This document shows positions 54,117 to 63,348 of a stretch of 64,000 nucleotides of DNA, one piece after another. The notes beneath the pieces were generated by a model that had not been told where the DNA came from, did not search any database, and worked only from the letters and a program-made list of their open reading frames with translations. Source of the DNA: Clostridia bacterium (lineage in GTDB: Bacteria; Bacillota; Clostridia; Oscillospirales; CAG-272); NCBI GenBank assembly GCA_017537175.1, contig JAFYLH010000012.1:65375-129374 (forward strand). Direction: 5' to 3'. The translations under genes and the position numbers were made by a program. Positions within the stretch are counted from its first letter, which is position 1. Each line of letters starts with the position of its first letter.

Positions 54117-54899
54117 ATGCGTAAGACCTTTGAGGGGCTTATACTCAGCGAGACGGTCCTGAAGGAAAGGGACAAGATACTTACCATCCTTACCGCAGAG
54201 CGGGGCAGGATCTCGGTCTATGCAAAAAATGTCCGCAGTCTTAAAAGAGGCAGTCTTGCGTATACCATGCCCTTTCAGCTTTGCCGATTTGAGGTAGAGG
54301 AGCGCACAGGCGGTATGTCCCTTATTAACGGTGATGTGCTGCATTCCTTTTACGATATTACAAACGATCTTGCGGCATTTGCCTTAGGTCAGTATGTCCT
54401 TGATATTGCAAGAGAGCTGACGGTAGAAAATAACGGTGAAGCGGATATGCTCCGTCTTACCCTTAATACATTGTATCTTATACAAAAAGCGCAAAGATCT
54501 CTTTCTCATATCAAGGCAACCTTTGAGTTCAGAGCAATGGCTCAGGCAGGCTATATGCCCGACCTTAGCGGCTGTGATATATGCGGATGCGAGGACGGAG
54601 AAATGCTCTTTGATGTAATGAACGGCATTATCTATTGCCGTGAATGTCAGAAGATAAGAAATATGGGGGATGTAAAGCCCGAGGATACGGGAACCGCATC
54701 AATAGTTCTTCAGCTGACACCCTCGATACTTAAAGGTCTTCGATATGTGCTTTCGGCCGAGCCGAGTAGAGTTTTCTCTTACTCGATAGCTGAGGACGAG
54801 CAGACAGACTATTCAGAGGTCTGCGAAAAATATATTTTAAACCATCTTGAAAGGGGCTTTACCACCCTTGACTTCTATCACGAAGTCGTGAATATGTAA
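54117..54899 (+). CDS. recO: DNA repair protein RecO
   Basis: OB-fold N-terminus and Cys4 zinc motif CDICG...CRECQ; era-recO order. Confidence 0.9.
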   Translation: MRKTFEGLILSETVLKERDKILTILTAERGRISVYAKNVRSLKRGSLAYTMPFQLCRFEVEERTGGMSLINGDVLHSFYDITNDLAAFALGQYVLDIARELTVENNGEADMLRLTLNTLYLIQKAQRSLSHIKATFEFRAMAQAGYMPDLSGCDICGCEDGEMLFDVMNGIIYCRECQKIRNMGDVKPEDTGTASIVLQLTPSILKGLRYVLSAEPSRVFSYSIAEDEQTDYSEVCEKYILNHLERGFTTLDFYHEVVNM

Positions 54900-54900
54900 T

Positions 54901-57285
54901 ATGTTTGATAAAGCAATAAAAACCTTAGAATTTCATAAGATCAAGGAAATGCTCTGTGAGATAGCACCCACCGAGGGTGCCCGTAAGCTCGCTCTTGCCC
55001 TTGAGCCCTCTCCCGAGGTCTATACAGTCAGAAGAAGGCTTCTTTGCACAACTGACGCAAAGAGACTTATTGACGAAAAGGGAATGGCTCCCTTCGGGGA
55101 TATCAAGGACATCCGCGACTCGATAGAGCGCACGGTAAAGGGAGCAAGCCTTAATACGGTAGAGCTGTTGCGTATAGCAGAGGTACTTGCAAGTGCCAGA
55201 CGCTTACAGGAGTATATCGATACCAACAAGCGCTTTGAGACAATCCTTGACGAGACCTTTTATCTTCTCACACCTAACAAGGCACTTGAGGACAGGATAA
55301 GAAAGGTCATTATAACAGCGGATATGATAGCGGACGATGCGTCCCCCGAGCTTAGCGACATCCGCCGTAAGATAAGAAACACCAACAACAAAATTAAAGA
55401 AACACTTTCAAAATATACAGGCGGACAGTATGCAAAGTATCTGCAGGAAAATATAGTCACTCAGCGCGACGGCAGATATGTTGTTCCGGTAAAGATCGAG
55501 TACAAGAACGAAATAAAGGGTCTTGTACACGACACCTCCGCTTCAGGCGCTACACTCTTTATCGAGCCTATGGCGGTGGTTGAGTCAAACAATACCCTCC
55601 GTGAGCTTGAAGCGGCAGAAAAGCACGAGATAGAGCGCATACTTGCCATACTTTCAAGCGAATGTGCCACTAACTCTCAGGAGATAATGGCAAACTATGA
55701 CAACATAACAGACCTTGCCCTTTGTTTCACTATGGGTAAGCTGTCGGTCAATATGGATGCCTGTATGCCTTCTGTTAACGAGGACGGAGAATATAACCTC
55801 ATCAAGGCAAAGCACCCCCTGCTTGACCCCAAAAAGGCGGTTGCCATTAATGTTGCGGTAGGCGGCAAGTATGATACCCTTGTGGTAACAGGACCGAATA
55901 CAGGCGGTAAAACAGTAACCTTAAAGACCCTCGGTCTTTATGCAATAATGCTTCAATGCGGACTTCATGTCCCCTGCGACCCCCAGTCTACAGCCTGTGT
56001 CTTTGATAAGGTGCTGTGCGATATAGGTGACGAGCAGAGTATAGAGCAGTCATTATCCACCTTCTCGGCTCATATGGTCAACACCGTTGAGATAATCAAG
56101 CAGGCAGGCAAGGGTTCTCTTGTACTCTTTGACGAGCTTGGCGCGGGAACCGACCCTGTAGAGGGTGCAGCTCTTGCTGTTTCAATACTCGAAAAGATAA
56201 GAGAAAAGGGTGCGCTTTGTGCGGCAACAACACACTATGCCGAGCTTAAGGTATATGCCCTTGATACAGAGGGAGTATGCAACGCATCCTGTGAGTTTGA
56301 TATAGAGACACTTCGTCCCACCTACAGACTTATAACAGGAACACCCGGTAAGTCAAATGCCTTTGCCATATCCCGTAAGTTAGGTCTGCCCGAGGATATA
56401 ATTGATAGAGCCGGCAGCTATGTGGCAAGCGATAACAAGAGATTTGAAATTGTTATAGAAAAGCTTGAAGCCACCCGAATTGAAATGGAACGGGAGCGCG
56501 ACAAGGCAAGAAGCTTAAAGAATGAATACGAGAGCTTCAAGCGTAACGCAGAAAAGAAGATGCGCGCAAGACTTGAGGAGTCAGAAAGACAGATAGAAAA
56601 GGCTGAAGCAAAGGCACAGGCTATGATAGCCTCAGCCAGAGCATCAAGCGACTTTGTGTTCCGCGAGCTTGAAAAGGTCAAGAAGCAGCGGGACAGCGAA
56701 AGACTTGCCGAGGGACTTGAGGAGGCAAGAGCCAATATCCGTAAGAAACTCCGTGATGCCGACGATAAGGCAAACCCCGTAATTGACAGAGCAAACGAGG
56801 GCTACAAGTTGCCCCGCAAGCTCAAAAAGGGTGACCTTGTCAAGCTTATGAACATCGACCGTGAGGGTATAGTTGCAGAGGAGCCTAAGGGTGATGGTAA
56901 CATATCCGTCCGCATCGGTCAGATGATAACCAAGACCAAGGAAAAGAACCTTATGCTGGTGGGTGACGGAGCGATATCGGTAACCACCAAGGATAACAAA
57001 AAAGTCACCACGGGCAGCTTTGCAAAGACGGTGTCAAGCAGCTTCAAGCCTGAGCTTGATCTTCGCGGTATGAACGGCGAGGATGCCTGGTATATGGTTG
57101 ACAAGTACCTTGACGATGCACTTCTTTCGGGAGTCAAGATAGTGACTCTCATCCACGGCAAGGGAACAGGCAAGCTTAAAGCGGCACTTAAGCCCTTACT
57201 CAAAAAAGACCGCAGAATATCAACCTTCCGTGAAGGAATGTACGGCGAGGGCGACGGCGGTGTTACCATTGTAGAACTTAAATGA
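54901..57285 (+). CDS. mutS2: Endonuclease MutS2 (MutS domain plus C-terminal Smr)
   Basis: Walker A GPNTGGKT, DELGAGTDP, Smr motif LDLRG...HGKGTGKL. Confidence 0.95.
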   Translation: MFDKAIKTLEFHKIKEMLCEIAPTEGARKLALALEPSPEVYTVRRRLLCTTDAKRLIDEKGMAPFGDIKDIRDSIERTVKGASLNTVELLRIAEVLASARRLQEYIDTNKRFETILDETFYLLTPNKALEDRIRKVIITADMIADDASPELSDIRRKIRNTNNKIKETLSKYTGGQYAKYLQENIVTQRDGRYVVPVKIEYKNEIKGLVHDTSASGATLFIEPMAVVESNNTLRELEAAEKHEIERILAILSSECATNSQEIMANYDNITDLALCFTMGKLSVNMDACMPSVNEDGEYNLIKAKHPLLDPKKAVAINVAVGGKYDTLVVTGPNTGGKTVTLKTLGLYAIMLQCGLHVPCDPQSTACVFDKVLCDIGDEQSIEQSLSTFSAHMVNTVEIIKQAGKGSLVLFDELGAGTDPVEGAALAVSILEKIREKGALCAATTHYAELKVYALDTEGVCNASCEFDIETLRPTYRLITGTPGKSNAFAISRKLGLPEDIIDRAGSYVASDNKRFEIVIEKLEATRIEMERERDKARSLKNEYESFKRNAEKKMRARLEESERQIEKAEAKAQAMIASARASSDFVFRELEKVKKQRDSERLAEGLEEARANIRKKLRDADDKANPVIDRANEGYKLPRKLKKGDLVKLMNIDREGIVAEEPKGDGNISVRIGQMITKTKEKNLMLVGDGAISVTTKDNKKVTTGSFAKTVSSSFKPELDLRGMNGEDAWYMVDKYLDDALLSGVKIVTLIHGKGTGKLKAALKPLLKKDRRISTFREGMYGEGDGGVTIVELK

Positions 57286-57299
57286 ATGAGGATATAAAC

Positions 57300-58085
57300 A
57301 TGGAAAAGATGAAATTCGGTGTACAGATATACACCATCCGTGACTACCTGACCACCACACCTCTTTTTGAGAAGTCTATCCGCAAGCTCCCCGAGCTTGG
57401 CTATAAGTACTTCCAGCTCTCGGGTGAGGGCGAGGGTGTTACCAACCCCAAGAGACTTCGTGAGCTTATGGACGAGACAGGCCTTGTATGCGGTCTTACC
57501 CACTGGGATGACAAGGAGATAGTAGGCAACACCGAGAAGTGTATCGAGGACCACGATATTATGGGTGTCAACGGTATCGGTATCGGCGGTATGCCCGGTG
57601 AGTTCAGAAACTATGAGGGCTACAGCCGCTTTATAGAAAAATATGCTCCTGCCGTTGAAAAGATAGGCAAGGCAGGCAAGAGCTTCTGCTACCATAACCA
57701 TTGGTTCGAGTTTGAACGTTTTGAAAACGGCAAGACAGGTCTTGAAATGCTCCTTGAGGGTATGCCCGAGGGCTTCAAGTTCACCTTTGATACCGCCTGG
57801 GCTCAGATAGCAGGTATCGACTGTGCCGCATTTATCCGTAAGTATTCTGACAAGATCTTTGCTACACACTTCAAGGATCTCACCGTTGTTGACAACAACC
57901 TTCAGGTAACAGAGCTTCTTACAGGTAATATGAACTTTGATGCTATCGTTGAGGCTTGTGCTGAGGCGGGCATTGAGTGGAACTTTGTTGAGCAGGATAC
58001 AGTAAGACGCTATAACCTCTATGATTCCATCAAGGTAAGCCGTGACAATATTATGGCAAGATACGGCGATTACTTCTTGCAATAA
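57300..58085 (+). CDS. Sugar phosphate isomerase/epimerase (xylose isomerase-like TIM barrel)
   Basis: AP-endonuclease-2/TIM-barrel-like pattern (YHNH...E, D.AW); GAGGAT RBS before ATG 57300. Confidence 0.7.
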   Translation: MEKMKFGVQIYTIRDYLTTTPLFEKSIRKLPELGYKYFQLSGEGEGVTNPKRLRELMDETGLVCGLTHWDDKEIVGNTEKCIEDHDIMGVNGIGIGGMPGEFRNYEGYSRFIEKYAPAVEKIGKAGKSFCYHNHWFEFERFENGKTGLEMLLEGMPEGFKFTFDTAWAQIAGIDCAAFIRKYSDKIFATHFKDLTVVDNNLQVTELLTGNMNFDAIVEACAEAGIEWNFVEQDTVRRYNLYDSIKVSRDNIMARYGDYFLQ

Positions 58086-58095
58086 GGGTAAAAAT

Positions 58096-58944
58096 ATGGT
58101 AGAATTCAAGTTAAGTGCTTTCGCGGACGAATACAGTCCCGAAATTGACAAGCAGATAGAGTGGTTAAGCTCAAACGGTGTATCACTTCTTGAGATAAGA
58201 GGAGTTGACGGTACACCCGTTGCGGATATCACCCTTGACAAGGCAAGAGAGGTCAAGGCTAAGCTTGACAAGGCGGGAATAGCTATCTCCGCCATCGGCT
58301 CTCCTGCCGGTAAGATAAACATTAAGGATGACTTTGACGCACATCTTGTGCAGTTCAGACATCTTATAGACATCGCACATATCCTTGAGGCTAAGAGAAT
58401 GCGTATCTTCAGCTTCTTTATGCCCGAAGGCGAGGACGTATCCCTTTACCGCGACGAGGTGGTAAGACGTCTTAACGTTATGTGTGATATAGCGGCAGAG
58501 GAGGGAATAACCCTCTGTCACGAAAACGAAAAGCAGATCTACGGCGAAACTCCCGAGCGTTGCCGTGAGCTTTATGAGGCAACAGGCGGCAGAATGAAGT
58601 GTGTATTTGACCACGCAAACTTCATTTCCTGCGATATAGAGCCTTATCCCTATGCTTACGATATAGTCAAGGACACCCTTTGCTATATGCATATAAAGGA
58701 CGCAAATGCAGAGAAGGAAATGGTCGTAGCAGGCGAGGGAATAGGCAATATTCCCGACACCCTTGCGGCAGTAAAAAATGACTTTGAGGGCGAGTTTATC
58801 CTCACCCTTGAGCCTCACCTTATCGAGTTCGACGGTCTCAAGGGCCTTGAGAGCGAGGGTCATACCTCTAACGTAGGTAACAAATATAAAAACACAGACG
58901 AAGCCTTTGGTGATGCTTTGTCTTCACTTAAAAAATATTTATAA
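58096..58944 (+). CDS. Sugar phosphate isomerase/epimerase (xylose isomerase-like TIM barrel)
   Basis: LCHENE, HIKD, LEPH metal-ligand-like motifs of the family; ATG 58096. Confidence 0.7.
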   Translation: MVEFKLSAFADEYSPEIDKQIEWLSSNGVSLLEIRGVDGTPVADITLDKAREVKAKLDKAGIAISAIGSPAGKINIKDDFDAHLVQFRHLIDIAHILEAKRMRIFSFFMPEGEDVSLYRDEVVRRLNVMCDIAAEEGITLCHENEKQIYGETPERCRELYEATGGRMKCVFDHANFISCDIEPYPYAYDIVKDTLCYMHIKDANAEKEMVVAGEGIGNIPDTLAAVKNDFEGEFILTLEPHLIEFDGLKGLESEGHTSNVGNKYKNTDEAFGDALSSLKKYL

Positions 58945-58967
58945 TTAACATACAGGGGGACTTTAAC

Positions 58968-60440
58968 ATGGCAGATTTCAAAATGTTAGCCATAGACCTT
59001 GGTGCTTCCAGCGGTAGAGGTATCGTAGGTCGCTTTGACGGCACAAAGCTTTCTCTTGAAGAGAACCACCGTTTTGATAACGATCCCGTAATTGCGGCAG
59101 GTACATTCTACTGGGATATCCTTCGCATATTCTTCGAGATCAAGAACTCTATCCGTAAGTGTGCACTTTCCGCAGACAAGGACATCCAGTCTATCGGTAT
59201 CGACACCTGGGGTGTTGACTTTGGTCTTCTTGACAAAGAGGGCAAGCTTATGGCAAATCCCGTTCACTACCGTGATGCACGAACCATGGACTTTGAGAAC
59301 TGGGCATTCAACAAGCTCTCAAAGGAGGATATCTTCAATAAGACAGGTATCGCACATGTAAACTTCAACAGCGTATTCCAGCTTATGTCTGCACTCCGCA
59401 CCAACCCCAATGCCTTTGATGCGGCAGACAAGCTCCTCTTTATCCCCGACCTTCTTAACTATTTCCTTACAGGTCAGGCAAAAACAGAGTATACAGTAGC
59501 CTCCACAGGCGGTCTTCTTGATGTTAAGACCCGCAACTGGGCTATGGATATGATAGCAGAGCTCGGTATTCCCACAAATATGTTTACCGAGATCGCACAG
59601 CCCGGTACAGTACTCGGCAAGCTTCTTCCTCAGATCAGTGAGGATACAGGTATCTATGATGCAAACGTAGTTCACGTTGCGGCTCACGATACTGCAAGCG
59701 CAGTTGTATCCGTTCCCGCTAAGGGCGAGGACTTCATCTACATAAGCTCAGGTACCTGGTCGCTTATGGGTATGGAGCTCAACGACCCCAATCCCTCTAT
59801 CGAGGCTATGAACTGCGGCTTCACAAATGAGGGCGGCACCAACGGCAAGATCAGATTCCTTCGTAACATTATGGGTCTCTGGCTTGAGCAGGAGTCCAAG
59901 AGACAGTGGGCTCGTGAGGGTGAAAAGACCACCTACGACCAGCTCTCGGATATGGCTATGGCAAGCGAGGCACACAAGTGCTTCATCAATCCCGACGATC
60001 CCTCCTTTATGGCACCCGGCAACCTCCCCAAGAGAGTTGCAGAGTTCTGTGAAAAGACAGGTCAGTATGTTCCTCAGACCAAGGGTGAGATCATCCGTTG
60101 TATCTTTGAGTCCCTTGCGCTTAAGTACCGTTGGACTGTAGAGAATATGGATGCTATGATGGGTAAGTACACTCCCTTCATCAACATCGTTGGCGGCGGC
60201 ACCAAGGAAGCTCCTCTCTGCCAGTTCACAGCAGACGCTTGTAAGAGACCCGTATACGCAGGTCCTACAGAGGCAACCTCTATCGGTAACCTTCTCGTTC
60301 AGCTTATGGCGGCAGGCAAGGTTGCAAACCTCGACGAGGCTCGTCAGGTAGTTCGTGACTCCTTCGAGATCAAGTGCTACGAGCCCAAGGATGCTGACAA
60401 GTGGGATGCGGCGTACGAGCGCTTCCTCAAGCTTCTTTAA
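58968..60440 (+). CDS. rhaB: Rhamnulokinase (FGGY family)
   Basis: LAIDLGASSGRGIVG...; GIDTWGVDFGLLD; about 490 aa; next to rhaA. Confidence 0.9.
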   Translation: MADFKMLAIDLGASSGRGIVGRFDGTKLSLEENHRFDNDPVIAAGTFYWDILRIFFEIKNSIRKCALSADKDIQSIGIDTWGVDFGLLDKEGKLMANPVHYRDARTMDFENWAFNKLSKEDIFNKTGIAHVNFNSVFQLMSALRTNPNAFDAADKLLFIPDLLNYFLTGQAKTEYTVASTGGLLDVKTRNWAMDMIAELGIPTNMFTEIAQPGTVLGKLLPQISEDTGIYDANVVHVAAHDTASAVVSVPAKGEDFIYISSGTWSLMGMELNDPNPSIEAMNCGFTNEGGTNGKIRFLRNIMGLWLEQESKRQWAREGEKTTYDQLSDMAMASEAHKCFINPDDPSFMAPGNLPKRVAEFCEKTGQYVPQTKGEIIRCIFESLALKYRWTVENMDAMMGKYTPFINIVGGGTKEAPLCQFTADACKRPVYAGPTEATSIGNLLVQLMAAGKVANLDEARQVVRDSFEIKCYEPKDADKWDAAYERFLKLL

Positions 60441-60450
60441 TAAGATAAAA

Positions 60451-60589
60451 AGTTAGGAGTTAGGAGTGAGGAGTTAGGCCCGAGGCAAAGCCTCTTGGCA
60501 CTTCCTTCGGTCGGAGTTAATGAAGATTTTTGTTGCTTTGGGCAACAAAAATCCACCTTAATTCCGCATTCCGCATTCTGCACTCCGCA
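60451..60589 (+). repeat. Heptad-repeat palindromic element, copy B: (AGTTAGG-type)x4 - 36-bp core - AGTTAATGAAG - 12-bp hairpin - CACCTTAA - (TTCCGCA-type)x4
   Basis: Heptads 60451-60478 and 60562-60589; core 60479-60514; stem 60525-60536/60542-60553. Confidence 0.8.
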
Positions 60590-60621
60590 TTAAATAAATA
60601 ATAATTTGGAGGATTACATAA

Positions 60622-61878
60622 ATGATCAACAAGAGCTATGAATTAGCAAAAGAGATCTATGCGGCACAGGGTATTGATACCGATGCTGCGATCGCTAAGC
60701 TTAAGAACATTCCCGTTTCACTTCACTGCTGGCAGGGTGATGACGTTATCGGTTTTGACCACGACGGCCCCCTCAACGGCGGTATCCAGACCACAGGTAA
60801 CTACCCCGGCAAGGCAACCACTCCCGAGCAGCTTATGGCTGATATGGACAAGGTTCTCTCCCTTTGCCCCGGTACAAAGAAGATCAACGTTCACGCTTGC
60901 TACGCTATCTTTGAGGACGGTCAGTTTGTAGACAGAGACAAGCTTGAGCCCAAGCATTTCGCTAAGTGGGTAGAGTTTGCAAAGGCACACGGCTGCGGTC
61001 TCGACTTCAACCCCACCTTCTTCTCTCATCCTATGCAGAAGGACGGCCTTACACTTTCCAGCCCCGACGAAAACATCCGTAAGTTCTGGGTAGAGCACGG
61101 CAAGGCTTGTATCCGCATTTCCGAGTATTTTGCAAAGGAAACAGGTATGCCCTGTGTTATGAACATCTGGATCGGCGACGGCTTTAAGGATATTCCCGCT
61201 GACCGTATGGGCCCCAGAATGAGATATAAGCAGTCTATCGAGGAGATCCTCTCCGAGCCTTATGACTTCAACCTCGTTAAGCCCTGCGTTGAGTCCAAGG
61301 TATTCGGTATCGGTGTTGAGTCCTATACTGCAGGCTCTGCAGAGTTTGCTCTCTCCGTTGTAGCGGCTAACTCCGACAAGTGCATTCCCCTTATGGATAA
61401 CGGTCACTACCATCCCACCGAGGTTGTTTCCGACAAGATCCCCGCACTTCTTTGCTTCTTCCCCGAGATCGCACTTCACATTACAAGAGGTGTTCGTTGG
61501 GACTCCGACCATGTTGTTCTCTTTGACGACGAGACCAAGGAAATGGCAAAGGAGATCGTTCGTTGCGATGCTCTTGACCGTGCTTACATGGCACTTGACT
61601 ACTTTGATGCTTCCATCAACCGTATCTCCGCTTGGACCACAGGCTTCAGAAGCTGGCAGAAGGCTCTTCTTGCGGCTATGTGTACTCCCAACGCAGCTCT
61701 CAAGGAGCTTCAGGATCAGGGTAACTTCACCAAGCTTATGGTTATGCAGGAAGAGGCTAAGATGCTTCCCTTCGGCGCAGTATGGGCTAAGTATTGCGAG
61801 GAGTGCGGCGTAGCAGGCGACGCTTCTTGGTTTGACGAAGTAGAGAAGTACGAAGCAGAGGTACTCAGCAAGAGATAA
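60622..61878 (+). CDS. rhaA: L-rhamnose isomerase
   Basis: IPVSLHCWQGDDV... and overall conserved RhaA sequence, 418 aa; GGAGG RBS. Confidence 0.95.
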   Translation: MINKSYELAKEIYAAQGIDTDAAIAKLKNIPVSLHCWQGDDVIGFDHDGPLNGGIQTTGNYPGKATTPEQLMADMDKVLSLCPGTKKINVHACYAIFEDGQFVDRDKLEPKHFAKWVEFAKAHGCGLDFNPTFFSHPMQKDGLTLSSPDENIRKFWVEHGKACIRISEYFAKETGMPCVMNIWIGDGFKDIPADRMGPRMRYKQSIEEILSEPYDFNLVKPCVESKVFGIGVESYTAGSAEFALSVVAANSDKCIPLMDNGHYHPTEVVSDKIPALLCFFPEIALHITRGVRWDSDHVVLFDDETKEMAKEIVRCDALDRAYMALDYFDASINRISAWTTGFRSWQKALLAAMCTPNAALKELQDQGNFTKLMVMQEEAKMLPFGAVWAKYCEECGVAGDASWFDEVEKYEAEVLSKR

Positions 61879-62130
61879 TCGACTTTTTGTCGATTATCTC
61901 AATGAAATGAATCCTTGCGGATTCGTGAAATGCCGAGCAGACTCACGCCCGCAGTGCGGGATGAAGTGAGGCTGGGAGGACGGCAGACACCCAATGAGTT
62001 CAAGCGACTTTAGGAGCGAAGAAGGAATTGCTGGTGTCAACGAGTGACCTTGCGGTCATGAAATGACGGCTTTGCCGTCGTGAAATGCAACTTCGTTGCA
62101 TTAAGGAAACCTTTTGCCCGAGGGCAAAAG
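61877..62130 (+). repeat. Array of six short tetraloop-type hairpins joined by four TGAAATG linkers, split by a 110-nt central segment
   Basis: Hairpins 61877-61895, 61909-61924, 62045-62058, 62065-62079, 62085-62101, 62111-62130; TGAAATG at 61903, 61926, 62059, 62081. Confidence 0.75.
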
Positions 62131-62181
62131 CTAATTCCATTATATCATTTTAATTAAACAAAAAAGAAGGTTATACTTATC

Positions 62182-63222
62182 ATGATGAATCTTGAAAAGG
62201 AGATCCGCGAGCAGCCCGAGGTGCTTGGCAGAGTTCTCACAACAAACAAAGAAGTTCTTGAGGCAGCAGCTGCTGCAATCAAGGCAAGAGGTGATATCAC
62301 CAACGTAGTATTCGCAGCAAGAGGTACATCCGACCACGCTTGTATCTACGCTCAGTATCTCTATCAGAGATATCTCGGCCTCCCTTGCGGCCTTGCTACT
62401 TCCTCGGTTAACACCAAGTACGGTGCTACCATCAACTACAAGAACACACTTGTAATCGGTGTTTCCCAGTCCGGTATGGCTAAGGACGTTCTCGCTATCA
62501 TCGAGATGGCAAAGGCTACAGGTGGTCTCACCGTTACCATTACCAACAATACCGAGTCTCCCGTAGCTAAAGCAGGCGACTTCCACCTCTTCATCGACTC
62601 GGGTCACGAGGCTTCTATCGCTGCTACCAAGACCTTTACAAGTGAGATGTATCTTCTCGCAAAATTAGGTCAGCTCTGGGCAGGTGACGAGGCTCTGGGT
62701 GCTGAGCTTGACTCTGTTCCCGCAGCAGTTGCAGAGCTCCTTGACTATCTTCCCGACCAGGTTCTTTCTACCGTTGAAAGATTCCGCTTTATGCGTGAGG
62801 GCGTACTTGTTGGCCGCGGTATGACATATCCCATCGCCCTTGAGGGTGCGCTTAAGATCATGGAGACCAACTGTCTCAAGATCTCAGGCTACGCAATCAG
62901 CGACTTCCAGCACGGTCCCCTTGCACAGCTCAATAAGAACGGTCTCTGCATCGTGCTTGCAGCTAAAGGTGCTTGTCTTGATGACGCAAAGATCGTAATC
63001 GAGAAGGTTAAGCCCACAGAGGCAGAGGTGCTTGTTATCACCGATACCGACGAGTTCGATGATATGCCCCTCGTATTCAAGCTTCCCAAGCTTGCTTCCG
63101 ACAACGTATCTCCTTACCTCTTTGCAGTATGCGTACAGCTTATCGCAATGGAGCTTACCAAGGTAAGAGGCATTGACCCCGATGTTTCTGTAGTTCTTAA
63201 CAAGATCACAGTAACTAAGTAA
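62182..63222 (+). CDS. SIS-domain sugar isomerase/deaminase-like protein (GlmS C-terminal / AgaS / FrlB-like)
   Basis: Two SIS-type modules (VIGVSQSG, VGRGMTYPIALEGALKIME); 346 aa. Confidence 0.75.
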   Translation: MMNLEKEIREQPEVLGRVLTTNKEVLEAAAAAIKARGDITNVVFAARGTSDHACIYAQYLYQRYLGLPCGLATSSVNTKYGATINYKNTLVIGVSQSGMAKDVLAIIEMAKATGGLTVTITNNTESPVAKAGDFHLFIDSGHEASIAATKTFTSEMYLLAKLGQLWAGDEALGAELDSVPAAVAELLDYLPDQVLSTVERFRFMREGVLVGRGMTYPIALEGALKIMETNCLKISGYAISDFQHGPLAQLNKNGLCIVLAAKGACLDDAKIVIEKVKPTEAEVLVITDTDEFDDMPLVFKLPKLASDNVSPYLFAVCVQLIAMELTKVRGIDPDVSVVLNKITVTK

Positions 63223-63230
63223 ACAACCGA

Positions 63231-63260
63231 GAGCCGCCCTATAGGGCGGCTCTTGCAATT
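63231..63260 (+). terminator. Rho-independent terminator after the SIS gene
   Basis: GAGCCGCCC-TATA-GGGCGGCTC then TTGCAATTTT. Confidence 0.7.
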
Positions 63261-63348
63261 TTACGAAATGAAAATATCTCAAATCCCTGTAGTATTAACA
63301 TATCCTTTTGTGTACTTATTAACAGAAGCACAAAAAGGAGGCTGTAAA

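Noticed and set aside
56919-58373. 484-aa minus-strand ORF; similar long antisense ORFs at 23253-24410, 2006-2875, 60718-61512, 53318-54187 and 10049-10735
   Set aside because: Each lies opposite a confidently identified + strand gene (mutS2/TIM-barrel, secA, GH18, rhaA, era, lepB). Their compositions are odd and none has start signals.
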